Counted from the first letter of the stretch, positions 36,917 to 51,000 are shown. The stretch: 64,000 nt of DNA from Gnetum montanum (GCA_015680685.1 MNCI01001065.1:74857-138856), one strand, 5' to 3'. Made by a program: numbers and translations. Notes: generated by a model from the sequence alone, not told the origin.

Positions 36917-39900
36917 TGACAAATCCTTGACAAAGAGTTAAACCATTAGGATTTCAAAACTATAACATATTCCTAAGGCAGTTTACAAATATTTATCTGA
37001 GCCTTTTATTCCTAGAAAAGCATACTTAGCTAAAGAATACCTTATTTGAGTTAGCTTTAGCTCATGCAAATGTTCAACATCAAGATCAATCTTGTAGATT
37101 ATTTATAGCAAATTTAAAAGATATGGCTCAATTTTGGTATTCAAACTTGCTAAGCAACAATATCATGAGTTAGGATGATATGAAAAATCTTTTCTTGGCT
37201 TAGTTTGGCAATCAATTGATCAATAGCAACTATACTATGGGCTAGTATGAGCTAAGAAAGGAGTTAAAGAGTCTATTAGAGATTTCAACATTAAGTTTTA
37301 AAGAATTATGGACTCTTTCAAAGACAGTATAGACCATCAAACAAAATGCTTAAAGATACTTATCTTAAGGCTGTAAATCCCAATATTTTAATTTGGTTAA
37401 GAAGAAATCCCAACTTGATAACATTGAATGACTATTTTAGTGAAGCTATACAATTAGAAAAATAGTTGAACTTGAACAATGAAGGAATTATCACAACTCA
37501 AAAAAGAAAAGAAAAAATGATAATTCATGTGCAAGATTTTGCTCAACTTAAAGCAAGACTAGGACCATCTCATATTAAGATAGAGCAAGAGTCTGAAAGT
37601 AGAGAATCTAAAAAAGAATAATTAATAAGAGACTTGTCTAACAAAATAGTGAAACTAGAAAAATCTTTGGCAAAGGTTAAAATCAAGGAAGAAAAGAAAA
37701 AAAAAACATAAACATCAAGTTACTAAGTTAGTAGAAGATGAGGATGAAAATGACCTTATTATGTCTAATTTCCTTGATATTGAATCAGATAATGAGCTAT
37801 CTAATGAAGAGTTTTGAAGAGGATATATCATCAAATGAAGAGTGTAATAATAATGAAGAAAATGGGTATAGTTTATGATCAAAAGAAAGATTAACTAATT
37901 CCAAGCCTCCAAATGCCATTTCTTATTCATCTACTAAGAGGAAGGTTTTTGAACTAAGTAGAAGAGAAAAACATAAAAGTAAAGAAGATTAAGTAGAGAA
38001 AAGTACTCAAAATCAATCTTTTAATAAATGGATGAAGAAACCAGGCTTTTATGAAGATGGAGTATATGATTTGATTGAAGATTTCAAACATGTTAGGATC
38101 AATATTAGTATATATCAATTATCACAAATAGAAGATCAACAAAGAAAATATTTAGAGCTTATTAAAGGTAAAAAGAGAGTTGCAGAGTTAGAGTTAAGCT
38201 ATGTGTCTAACATTGATAAGACAACGAAAACTAGCTATGATTGTACTCCTAATAAAGGAGCTCCTCCTTTTCTTTTGGTAATGAAGTTAAAAGAAAAATA
38301 TCTTCACAATTTTCTGGTTGATTCTGGAGCTACATCTACTATCATGCCATTGTTTATGTGCAAAAAACTTGATTTGACTTCCAAAAAATCCAATTAAAAG
38401 ATTGTTCAAGTGGACAACAGTAGAGTGAATATTTAAGATCAGTTGTTAAATATTTTATTTGAAATTGCTTCTAAACCTCATACAACATTTAAAGTAACTA
38501 TTCAAGTAGCAAATATACCAGATTCACATAGTCTTTTACTGATTAGAAGTTGGAGTAAGAATGTCTCAAGTTACATATCAACAAATTATTCTCATATGTG
38601 GCTACCTTGGAAAGGTGAACCAAATCAACATTACTTCAAATGGGAAAAACAAAGTTGTTAAAAAAACTCTTTTGAATCCAAAATTTGCACACCCCAAGAA
38701 GTTTATAACATGGAAAAAGATAAAGTTCAAGTTGAGAGCAAGTGGGAACCATACTTTAATGGTTCTTGTCACTCCAAAGGTGCAGGAGCTAGAGTAGTTA
38801 TAGTAAAGGATGATTCTCCACAAATATTCAAGGCAATTCATCTATCTTTCCCTTGTATGAATAACAAGGCTAAATATGAAGCTTTAAGCATTAGTATTAA
38901 AGTAGCATTGAAAATGGGGATCAAGGTTATCACCATAAAAGAAGATTCAAGATTAGTCTGTGAATAGGTTAAAGGAAATTGTGTAGTAAAAAGCTCATTC
39001 TTGTGACCTTATAAACAACTTGTTTGCAAAATATAGGATCAATTTTGTTACTACCAAATAGAAAATATAGTTAGGAAGGATGATTATATACCAGATGACT
39101 TAGCAAAGGCAACTTCAACGTTAGATATGATAAAAATAGAAGGATACAAAGGGATAACAATTGAGAAAGAACATTAGTCATTGGTACCAAATAATATAAA
39201 GAATTTACAAGTATTCGAAGATGATGATCAATTGCTAAGATTCTTAAGGTATAAACAATAATTCAAAGGTCAAATCATACCTAAAATAGCATCAAAGTTT
39301 AAGGAAAATTCTATTCTTAAAGAGGTGATTGATTATGAACATGAGTTTAGCAAAAATTAGCTTATCAGAAAAGATATACCAAATCTAGATGATCAAGCTT
39401 ATGAAGCAATAAATTCTAGATCTACTGAGATACCAAAGATATTAAATGTTACAAAGGAAAAGAATTTAGCTTTTAGGCAAAATTCATTATTAGTCCTAAA
39501 AAATAATTTGGAAAATTTTGTTTGGTCTTATGATGATCTTAAAGCCTTTAGACCAAATGTAATGACACATAAAATTCCTTTGTTAAACAGTTGTAAGATG
39601 GTTAAACAAAAATATAGGAAATTTAATCCATCATTTGAGCCAACTATGGAAGTTGAGATCAAAAAGTTATTGCAAGTCCAAATTATATATCCAATCCAAT
39701 ATTCAACATGGCTTGCTAACCTTGTTTTAGTAAGAAAGAAGAATGGCAATATTAGGCTTTATGTAGATTTCAAAATTTTGAATGAAGCCTTTAAAAAAGA
39801 TAAATACCCACTTTCTAAAATTGATGAAATTTTTATCAAATTAACAAGTTGTCAAGTATATTATTTTCTAGATGGTTTTTCAGGCTATAACCAAATCATG

Positions 39901-42160
39901 GTAGATAAGGGTGATAGATATAAAACATCATTTATCACTAAATGGGAAACTTTCACATACCAAAGAATGCCATTTGGATTGTCAAATGTTAGAGCTACTT
40001 TTCAAAGAGCAATGGATTTATCCTTTAAAGGTTTAATAGGCGAGTTTGTGGTCATTTATTTGAATGGTATCACTATCTTTTCAAAAAGAAGAAAGATCAT
40101 ATTGATCATCTTCAACAAATTTTTGATAGATGTTATGATTATGGTATTTCATTAATTCCTAAGAAATTCATCATTAGGGTTAAATCTAGAAGTTTACTAG
40201 GCCATATAATCTGTCAAGAATAAATTGCTATAGATAACTCCCAAATTTAAGTAGTGCAAAATATCGAACATCCTACAAGTAAAAAGTCTCTTAGATTTTT
40301 CTTTGGAAAGATAAATTTTGTTAAGAAATTTATCCCTAGATTCACTAAAATTACTAAACCTTTCATGCATATGCTTAAGAAAGATATCCTAGTAGAGAAA
40401 ATGCCAAAATCTAAGAGAGCCTTAGCAAAAATTAAAAGGGCTATTCAAGAAGCTCCTTTCTTGGTAAAACCAAAATTGAAGAAAGATTTTTGTTTATATG
40501 CTTTTACTTCACATAATTCAATTATTGCCATTTTAACTCAAAAATATGAAGGTCAAGATGAACCAATTGGATTTTTTGGATATCAATTAAAAGGTTTAAA
40601 ATGAAATTATTCAAACTTAAACAAAGAAGCATTTGTAGTCATTAAAGCACTTTAGCATTTCAAATATTACTTGAAAAGATCATTAGTTCATATTATGCTA
40701 ATAGAGCCTACGATTAAACAATTCTTAGTCCAAAATGAAATTAGATTAAAAAGAGGGAAGTGGCTCATAAAACTTTAAGGTTTTAGGTTTTCATTGGAAA
40801 TATGCAAAACCATTAAAGGAATGAGATTAGCCAAGTTAATGGCTAGAGAAGATGATGTGTGCTTAAGACTCATGAAGGAAACTAGTATGATGAAATTCTC
40901 AAATTCCTTAACACAAGAAAGGTTCTAAATAACCTAACTACAAGTCAAAAGAGAGCTTTCTTCAAAATAGAAAATAAATTTATGGTTAAAGATGGAATTT
41001 TATACAAACAGGATTTTAGAGGGGTTTTGTTGAAATGTGTTCACAATGATCAAATCAGTCCTATTCTAGAATAATTCCATGATAATTCTAACTCATTTTA
41101 TGAGTCTTCTAAATCCACTATGCAACATATACTCCGCTATGGTTTTTATTGGCCTAGTATGTACTAAGATATTAGTTTAAAGATTCAAAGATGTTACAAA
41201 TGTCAAATACATGAACCAAAAGTCAAAAAGGCTAGAACTCCCTTAAAACTAGTAATTGCGAATAGACTATTTTAGCAATGGGGCTTAGATTTTATCAGCA
41301 TAATTACTTCTTTAAGAGTTAGACATAAGTTTATTCTCACAACTACTGATTACTTTACCAAATGGTTTGAAGTAAAGGCTTTAAGGAAAAGTCCAGCATC
41401 AGATATGATTAAGTTCTTGGAAGATCAAATTCTAAGGCGTTTTAGTCTACCTAAAGTGTTGGTATTAGATAATGGACTTACTTTTCGATCTAAAGAATTT
41501 ATAACATGGGCATCAAAAAAATTCATCTTTCTATTTCCTCCTTCAAATTATTATCCTCAAAGGAATGAATTAGTTGAATATACAAATAAAAAGATTTCTT
41601 TTTTCTACATTAAAAATTTGATGGATGGGAATCTATGAAATTGGATTGATTACTTATAATCTACATTATGAACTGATCATATTAGATTTAAGAATGCTAT
41701 TGGGACATCAACTTATAACTTATTATATGGTTTGCCTACAAGAGTTATGAATAAGATTATAAGTTTAGCCTCAAATTTTGTGCAAAAGTATAGTGAAAAA
41801 ATCAATAAAGATAGAAGCTTCATGATCCTTCTCATTGAAAGAGAAGTTGAAATGGATAGAGTTAAAGATAATTTATTAAAGAATGCTTCTGAAGTCAAAA
41901 GGTGGTTTGATAGAAAGGCTTTGAAAAGGACTTTTAAAGTTGGTGATCTAGTATTATTATAGAATATGAAGAAGCCAAATAATTTTNCGGTGATCTAGTA
42001 TTATTATAGAATATGAAGAAGCCAAATAATTTTTTAGCAATATGGACTAGTCCATCTTAGATCAAGAAGCAAAGATTGGAATATACATACAAGTTATTGA
42101 TGTTAAGCAGGATGGAATTGCAATTTCCATATAATGTTTTACATATAAAACATTACTTTG
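36917..42160 (+). pseudogene. Element E gag-PROT-aRH-RT-RH-INT relic
   Basis: PROT: HNFLVDSGATSTIMP. aRH 38740-39120: WEPYFNGSCHSKGAGA..CMNNKAKYEAL..EDSRLV. RT: FLDGFSGYNQI, MPFGLSNVRATFQRAM. RH: FFGKINFVKKFIP. INT: LRYGFYWPSM, DYFTKW, DNGLTF, YYPQRN, FKVGDLVL. Confidence 0.95.
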
Positions 42161-42624
42161 GGAAACTGCCCATAACTTAAATACATATGTAAATCAATAA
42201 TAGATACATGTATATAATAATAAAAAGATAATTACATTAGTAATACTATGTATACAAGGTAGTTAGAGATTATATATATATATANNNNNNNNNNNNNNNN
42301 NNNNNNNNNNNNNNNNNNNNNNNNNNNNNNNNNNNNNNNNNNNNNNNNNNNNNNNNNNNNNNNNTTCTATGACATCTAATCATAATATATGTACATATAT
42401 CTCATACATATGTTTAGGCACGATATATAATATTATAAAATATGTATACGTTAGAGTATTAGTTTAAACATTAAATTTAAAGTGTTAGTTTAAATATCAA
42501 GTTTATATTATCTTAAAGTAATCATTACTTGTGATGTGTGCAAGTGGGAGTAGTGGTTTAGATAAATACATAATGGTGAATTAATTTTAACAACCAAATA
42601 GTGGAATTTGAATTAGCTAACCAT

Positions 42625-43300
42625 ATGATGATGGAAATTAAACAAGTTTGGCTAAGTAGGAAAGTTGGTTATTGGAATTGGCGAGAATTTCAAACTTACG
42701 TCGCACTATATAAAGAGATGTGAATTGCTTGGAAATACATCATTTCTAAATTCAACACTTGAGTGAGAGAAGCAAGTGAAGAGGTAGAAATATGGTTCTT
42801 GGATAGATGGCAATAAGAAGGCTTTTTATCCCATATGTTACAAGATTTTTCCCAAAGCATGTCTTGAGAGCCTATTATAAAACAACCACTCATGGAGCAT
42901 CTAGTGAAAGCCCTTTCTTACTTCGGATTTCAAATGATTTTAGAGTTCTTACTGGTGGACTCTTAATACATTCCAATGTTTGAAGCAACTTTCATCAATG
43001 CACAACAAAAGCTAAATGATAAGAAGATTTCAATCAAGATGATTCTTTGGGAAAGGCTTTTGTATCTTAAGACATAGATGTAACTAGTTGGGAAGAACCA
43101 AAAAAATTAGTGGCCAAAGAGTTGAATCAAAAAGAGACAAAGAAAGTTGTTAAAGACAAGGGTGAAGAAGTTGAAGCTTCAACTAGGCAAGAAGAAGAAA
43201 GAATGACATTCATCATTACTAAGATTACATATGAAAGGATTCATAATATTAGAATCCTAAAAAGGATTACCTTAACTATTGTCTTTCCACCTACAAATTA
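42625..43300 (+). pseudogene. Degenerate extra ORF between integrase and 3' LTR of element E, function unknown
   Basis: MMMEIKQVWLSRKVGYWNWREFQTYVALYKEM*IAWKYIISKFNT*VREASEEVEIWFLDRWQ*EGFL... The stops are TGA/TAA, consistent with CGA/CAA deamination. Confidence 0.5.
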
Positions 43301-45861
43301 GTTTGTATAAACTTGTTTGTACAGTTTCCTAATTTTTTTCTTAAGGGTGAGGTTTTTGTTTCATCATAAGTTTGGAGAAAGTTTTCCTCAAAAAGGATTT
43401 TTGTTTTTATTACATCTAATAAATTCCTATTTTGATGATAGTTTAGCTAGTGTGCATTGAAGAATTTTCTTGAATATCTTAAGTTCTTAAGGAATTTTAG
43501 AATGCAGAATGAAATGTTGACACATTTACACCATCTTGTGAAGTAGAATTTATGAATTAATGTTTGGGTTTTATTAAAATCCATTTGTTATTGGTGAATG
43601 CAAGATAGCATCCAAGTAGAAAATGGAAAAATTTCATGGGAGTTTAGTTACTTTCTCTATAAAATGAAAGTACATTAACATGTTAATAAGTAGTGTGTCT
43701 ACTTGCATCATCAGTGGTGCCTGGTTTCTATGTTGACTTCTCATTGACCTAAGTGAAAGTCTTTATAAAGAGAAGGACAATAATACTATAGTTGTTGATT
43801 TTAATCAAATGGCTAAGTGGTAGATAGCAGAGGTACCCATGATCATTTACCTTTAGTTAAAGTTTTAAAAGATGAATATATCTTTTGGAAATTGAAATAT
43901 CATGAATTTAGAAGATACTTTGGAATCTACCAGTTGCAAAGAGCAAATAATCATATGAGCAATAAAAGAAAATTTCACAAGGTTATGGAAAAACATGGAA
44001 TGCTATTGAATTTTTCACAAATTGCCATTATTTGCACATAATAGTCTTTGAAGTATACAGTGTCTACTATGTAAGCTATGAAGATTTGGCTACGAGTGTA
44101 GAGTTTAACAAACAAGCCTTTCCAAACTCACAATTTTTTTGTGAGAAACCATGAGAACATCATCTGGAATTTAAAAATAAACAACAAAAATTCAAGCTAT
44201 CACAAACGTAAATTGCATCCTTGAGAAAAAGAAAGATGGATATTTGTAGAATAATGAAAACCTACATCACCTGATTGTTTCAAATAAGCAACTTTGAGAT
44301 TTAGAAAATAGAAAAAATAAAAAAAATATTTCTCATTCAACAAAATCAACAGCATCCATCAGAAGCAAAGGAAATTCTAAGTAAAACAAAGAATATTTAA
44401 AAACAAACAAAATTTAAAAGTCTAGGCTTAGACACAAGCTGCCATGAATTCATGAACAGGCCACAACGCCAACACAGTATTTTGTTTTCAGGTCTAACAT
44501 GGTATTAGGGTTGGCAAAGGTGGCATTAAAACCCTTACAATGGAGGCGTAGCTAGAAAAATTTGTTGGCCCCAACTGCAACGATAAAGAAACACATAACC
44601 TTCCCCAACAATATCAAGCTAGAACCTGATGTTGATGCTTACGGCTTAGGTGGAGCCATTATCAACAATAACAACTTGACAATAATTACAGCAACAAAGC
44701 TATCATAAAGGCAATGACGACATTACTACAAAACTTTGCCAGCAAAGGGCTAGGGAGCATCTATGGCTACTTGGTAGAAACGGCATCAAAGTTGAAGTAG
44801 GACACAGCAAATGTTAGGGTTACCTCCAAACGCAGGAAGAGGGCAACGCAGTGCGTGGTACCAAGGCCACGGGAAATGAACATATCTTCAAATGATTACA
44901 CATCTTGCATAGACAAGTTGATGAATGGGATGTTAAGGCTACGAGGCCTTAATCATATATATATAGCAAAAATTTAAAATTGGGTAGGGCTTATGGATTA
45001 GGAAAGAAGGATTTATGAATGTATGATAACTATAACTTTATTTTTGAAAACTTTTCATAGGAAGTTAGAATTAATTCTCAATATTTGTAATTTTTTATGA
45101 GACACTTGCCAACTATGGCTTAAATTTCTAATAGAAGTTACAACTTCTAAGGTGGTTATGTATGAATCCTTTAGATATTTGCAAACACCCTTAATTTTTC
45201 ATGATGTTTCTAACTACCTAGAAGTAACTATAAATAAAGCTTCAAGGGTAGAAAGAAGGGGGATTTGAGGGTGGAGCAACTTTGAAGAATATTGAAGATT
45301 TTTTGTAAAGCATGACTTGTTAAAGAAATTAGTTTAGCTACTCTGTTTTAATCCTGTGAATTCATTTCTTCCCAGTTTGTTTTTAGTTACTTAACTCATA
45401 GTTTAGATAGTATTATGGTTGGTATTTAATTTTTGGATTTTTCAAGGTTGCCTTTATAGCTCTATTTTTGCATAATATTCTACTTCTATTAAGGATTTCC
45501 ATATAAGAGCTTATGTTGTAGAAAAGCATCTTGAGCATTTTAATAGTAATGTCTTAACAAAATTGCCTATTTGAGCATAGAAAATCTAGGAAAATCTTTG
45601 GTATTTTGAGATGACTAAAATAGCTTCATTAATTTAAAGTGTATTATTTCAATCCTAAAATTATCAAATTTTTGAAGGCTTTATTGAATTTAATTCTTGA
45701 CAACTATTAACTAGCCAAAATAGAAGCTCATACTTTATTCTTTATGAAGCATTTTTGATAGTGTGATAAGATTATTCTTTATGAAATTGTTTGTTGAGCT
45801 TAGAGGGTTTGAACAATTCATAGTTGGATTGAATTGAAATAGCTTTATTATGAAGTGTTTT

Positions 45862-47120
45862 TGTTGGCACATTTTTACCATTTCATGGAACAGGTGGACT
45901 TATTTGCAAATGGTGAGGTACATAATCCTAATGAACTGAAACTGTTCAAGGAGGATTATGTTCTTTTTTGTAAAGAATTCTGCAACAGTTAATTAACCAT
46001 GAAGTTGGAATAGAAATGAAAATGTTGCTGAATTGAATGTTTTGAAAATCAAGGGATAATGACATTGCAATTGGGAATGTTGGCATGAGGGTTTATCTAG
46101 AGTCAAAAGAAAATGGTGTATCAATTGTAGATATCTCTCTAGCTTATGATAGAGTAGCTCTAGTTACTTTTTNNNNNNNNNNNNNNNNNNNNNNNNNNNN
46201 NNNNNNNNNNNNNNNNNNNNNNNNNNNNNNNNNNNNNNNNNNNNNNNNNNNNNNNNNNNNNNNNNNNNNNNNNNNNNNNNNNNNNNNNNNNNNNNNNNNN
46301 NNNNNNNNNNNNNNNNNNNNNNNNNNNNNNNNNNNNNNNNNNNNNNNNNNNNNNNNNNNNNNNNNNNNNNNNNNNNNNNNNNNNNNNNNNNNNNNNNNNN
46401 NNNNNNNNNNNNNNNNNNNNNNNNNNNNNNNNNNNNNNNNNNNNNNNNNNNNNNNNNNNNNNNNNNNNNNNNNNNNNNNNNNNNNNNNNNNNNNNNNNNN
46501 NNNNNNNNNNNNNNNNNNNNNNNNNNNNNNNNNNNNNNNNNNNNNNNNNNNNNNNNNNNNNNNNNNNNNNNNNNNNNNNNNNNNNNNNNNNNNNNNNNNN
46601 NNNNNNNNNNNNNNNNNNNNNNNNNNNNNNNNNNNNNNNNNNNNNNNNNNNNNNNNNNNNNNNNNNNNNNNNNNNNNNNNNNNNNNNNNNNNNNNNNNNN
46701 NNNNNNNNNNNNNNNNNNNNNNNNNNNNNNNNNNNNNNNNNNNNNNNNNNNNNNNNNNNNNNNNNNNNNNNNNNNNNNNNNNNNNNNNNNNNNNNNNNNN
46801 NNNNNNNNNNNNNNNNNNNNNNNNNNNNNNNNNNNNNNNNNNNNNNNNNNNNNNNNNNNNNNNNNNNNNNNNNNNNNNNNNNNNNNNNNNNNNNNNNNNN
46901 NNNNNNNNNNNNNNNNNNNNNNNNNNNNNNNNNNNNNNNNNNNNNNNNNNNNNNNNNNNNNNNNNNNNNNNNNNNNNNNNNNNNNNNNNNNNNNNNNNNN
47001 NNNNNNNNNNNNNNNNNNNNNNNNNNNNNNNNNNNNNNNNNNNNNNNNNNNNNNNNNNNNNNNCTTGTAAGATGATTTGCTAAAGAAAAGATTTCAACCT
47101 CTTTGTCATGGTCCTGTGAG
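45862..47120 (+). mobile_element. Another TGTTGGCACATTT-family LTR inserted in the 3' LTR of E, mostly lost in N gaps
   Basis: E LTR homology stops at TATGAAGTGTTT and TGTTGGCACATTTTTACCATTTCATGG begins. The island 47063-47120 matches 8313-8370. Confidence 0.75.
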
Positions 47121-48089
47121 NNNNNNNNNNNNNNNNNNNNNNNNNNNNNNNNNNNNNNNNNNNNNNNNNNNNNNNNNNNNNNNNNNNNNNNNNNNNNNNN
47201 NNNNNNNNNNNNNNNNNNNNNNNNNNNNNNNNNNNNNNNNNNNNNNNNNNNNNNNNNNNNNNNNNNNNNNNNNNNNNNNNNNNNNNNNNNNNNNNNNNNN
47301 NNNNNNNNNNNNNNNNNNNNNNNNNNNNNNNNNNNNNNNNNNNNNNNNNNNNNNNNNNNNNNNNNNNNNNNNNNNNNNNNNNNNNNNNNNNNNNNNNNNN
47401 NNNNNNNNNNNNNNNNNNNNNNNNNNNNNNNNNNNNNNNNNNNNNNNNNNNNNNNNNNNNNNNNNNNNNNNNNNNNNNNNNNNNNNNNNNNNNNNNNNNN
47501 NNNNNNNNNNNNNNNNNNNNNNNNNNNNNNNNNNNNNNNNNNNNNNNNNNNNNNNNNNNNNNNNNNNNNNNNNNNNNNNNNNNNNNNNNNNNNNNNNNNN
47601 NNNNNNNNNNNNNNNNNNNNNNNNNNNNNNNNNNNNNNNNNNNNNNNNNNNNNNNNNNNNNNNNNNNNNNNNNNNNNNNNNNNNNNNNNNNNNNNNNNNN
47701 NNNNNNNNNNNNNNNNNNNNNNNNNNNNNNNNNNNNNNNNNNNNNNNNNNNNNNNNNNNNNNNNNNNNNNNNNNNNNNNNNNNNNNNNNNNNNNNNNNNN
47801 NNNNNNNNNNNNNNNNNNNNNNNNNNNNNNNNNNNNNNNNNNNNNNNNNNNNNNNNNNNNNNNNNNNNNNNNNNNNNNNNNNNNNNNNNNNNNNNNNNNN
47901 NNNNNNNNNNNNNNNNNNNNNNNNNNNNNNNNNNNNNNNNNNNNNNNNNNNNNNNNNNNNNNNNNNNNNNNNNNNNNNNNNNNNNNNNNNNNNNNNNNNN
48001 NNNNNNNNNNNNNNNNNNNNNNNNNNNNNNNNNNNNNNNNNNNNNNNNNNNNNNNNNNNNNNNNNNNNNNNNNNNNNNNNNNNNNNNNN

Positions 48090-51000
48090 CATTTCCCAAC
48101 AAGACACCTCTCCTTAATAGAGATCATTCTCATGTAGACATTCCAACTTCAAAGGAGACATCTACATTAGTAGTTGGGTAACCATTGCATAAATTTTGAG
48201 GAATTTTTGGAAACTCCGAGACTATAAGAATATACCAAATTCTTGGGAATTGTGCAAGCACTATTCACATCAGAGAAATCATTGTCATATCTAAGCTATT
48301 GTATTCTTGTTTTTCATTATAACATCATTTGCTTGGTTGTATGTTGTGTTGAGCTTCAACAGTAAGGACTTATAAATTTAGTTACATTCTTTCCTTGTAT
48401 CTTTTTTTTTCTTGTGCCCTATAGGGTTCATGTGCTTCTTGTGAGAAGGCATCCACATTAAGCATGTTGGGACCTTATGAGGTTCAATGATTTTGCAACA
48501 TCAAAACACTTCAAAGTGGAGCTCAATTTTGTAAAGGTTGTGGGATCTTTGAGACCACATTCTGAGCTTGTTGGGACCTTGCAAGGTTGAGTGTTTTTGT
48601 AGCAATGAAAACACTCTAGTGTAAAGCTTAGAGCTTGTATAGGGTGTGGTGCCCTTTAAACCATATTTGAATGAGAAACAAAGTCTAGAGGTGTGCATGG
48701 ATTCTACCCTCTAAGTGTGGAAGTACCGAAGTTGGGAAACCACAAAAAATTGTGTTTTTTTGTGTTAGGTACAATTTAAATTAGAAACTTATTCATCCCC
48801 CTCTTCTAAGTTCTCGATTCTCAAGTGATATTGAAGCCTAGTACTCTTACATTCAACTTCAAATTTCAAGAGTGAACTATGAAGGGAACCTCCTATACAA
48901 ATCCACCAATTCTTGACGGGTTCAATTTTACTTACTAGAAGGCAAGGATGTAAGGAATCTTTGAGTCAATGGAGTTTGAGGTATGAGAGTCCATCCTTGA
49001 AGCTACACACCACCTAGTGACAATGCAACTAAGGCCATCAAGCCACAAAGAAAGTGGACATTAGAAGAAAGAGATAAGTTCATGTACAATTCTAAAGAAA
49101 AAAATTATTTATAGTGTCCATTAAATAAGTTTGAATTTAATAGAGTAGATGAATGTAGAATAGCCAAAGAAATTTGGAAAACCTTAGAAGCAACCTATGA
49201 GGGTACATCCATAGTTAAATAATCAAAACTCTTGGTTTTGCAACATGAGTACGATAAAATTAAAATGAGGGAAGGAGAAAAGATAAAAGATTATTTTTCT
49301 AGGGCAAACAATCTAGTCATAGCTATTAAAGATACAGGAAAAAACATGCCTGAAAGTGATGTAATTATTAAAATGATTAGAACACTAGAACTTGAATTTA
49401 GACCTAAGGTTACATCTATGGAGGAAATTAGGGATTTTTCAATCTTAAAATTTGAAGCACTCCAAAGTGCTCTCATTTCCTACTAGATGAATCTCATATG
49501 CGAAGGAGCAATAAAAGGAAAGCCCATTGCCCTAAAATCAGCATCCAAAGAAAAGGAACCAGTTGAATAAGAGGTGAACAACAAAGAAGAAATAGCTCTT
49601 CTATCAAGAAGAGTTCAAAAACTTCTAGTAAGAAAGGAAAGAAGCCTCAATCAATTAAGACCCAACCAATCCAACTCCAAAGGAAAGGATAGAGGTAAAA
49701 AATTTTCAAATTCTAATTTTGATGCTTTTTCAATAGAATGTTGGGTATGTGTTAAAAGAGGCCATGTTGGCTTTGAATGTCCTAGCAATGGCAAGTTATC
49801 ACAAAAGGATAAGACTAAGATGGACATATAGAAGACCAAGTTTTACACAAGCTGGGATGATGGAGAGCAAAGTAAAGAAAAGGTTGATAACACCATGAAA
49901 GATTCTTAGCTTATATGTATGGCACTTAAAAATGAAAATTCATCACAAATTTTTGACGAACCAAGAGGTAAGCATGATGATAGGTACAATGAATTATGTG
50001 AAGAAAATATTATCCTTCATTATTTACTCAAAAAGGTAAAGAAAAATATAAGTAGAAAATTTTCTGAAATTCATATCTTATCTTCCAAATTAAAAGGAAA
50101 AATATTAGACATAAAAGCTAAGATTCAACTATTAACCTTTCTAGTTGAAGATAAATGTAGGGACAATCAAGAACAAGGGGTGAGTGAAAATAATGAAATT
50201 TAGCCCAGAAGTAGAAGCTTGGAAGAAATTCCACAAAAGGATACAGGCACTAGGTCAAGTGTAATAAGGTTTGATAACTCTATTCCTAAAGAAAACACTT
50301 TATTTTTTTGTAAAAATTGTGGATTTAAACAAGATTATGATTATCCTCATATTGGAAAAAATAACATTGATGCTTGACCTTGTCAAAAGGAACCTAGTAA
50401 GTGTATCTTGCAAGATGAAGCAACCTAGAATGAGAATGAGCTGAAAGTTGGAAAAATCTTTAGGAGAATGAGCTGAAAGTTGGAAAAATCTTCAGAAGAA
50501 TGGATGATACAGTAGATGACCATAGATTCTCTTAGCTTGAAGAACATGAACAAGAAGGGTTGCCATAAAAAAAATAATGAAAGAAAATCAAAGAATAAGG
50601 AGGTTCTCTATGATAGAGGACCTTATCTCAAACTTCATTAGTCTTTTTCATCTTGATTTGCAAGGCAAGTTATGGTAAGTTTTTTTTTCTTACTTGCAAG
50701 TTAAAATATGGGTTAGTTTTTGAGTATTTTATGAATTTTCTTTTGGAAACATATATCTTTATCCATAGAAAAGGAAATCAAAATAGTATGGCTATCTCTT
50801 ATGCTTGAACTATTTAAGTTGCTTACATATCTTTAAAAAGTTTATTCTTGAAGAAAAGCTAAATTTGAGAATCAAGAATGGCATAGCATCCATGTTTATC
50901 ATAAGATGCCACTAATTTAATAATTTGGAATACGTTCTATAGAAAATTAGTTAGTTGGCTAATCAATAAAGACAAATTTGTTATGATATGTTCCTACTAA

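Larger units (their letters stand above)
30982..45861 (+). mobile_element. Element E: Tat-type Ty3/gypsy LTR retrotransposon; 5' LTR 30982-31704 + 34397-36560, 3' LTR 43515-45861 (interrupted)
   Basis: The LTR copies are colinear (TGTTGATACATTT / TGTTGACACATTT starts). Degenerate PBS TGTGCAGAAGGAGGGC at ~36569. Full gag-pol relic inside. Confidence 0.9.

Noticed and set aside
39508-40155. 215-aa RT ORF as a functional gene
   Set aside because: It is a fragment of a pol with stops and frameshifts on both sides; the catalytic YLDD is mutated to YLNG.
41942-42034. Exact ~45-bp tandem duplication in E's integrase tail
   Set aside because: The copies are separated by a single N, typical of a contig-overlap artefact.
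50432-50498. ~32-bp tandem duplication in C2
   Set aside because: Ordinary local slippage; single copy in C1, no further significance.
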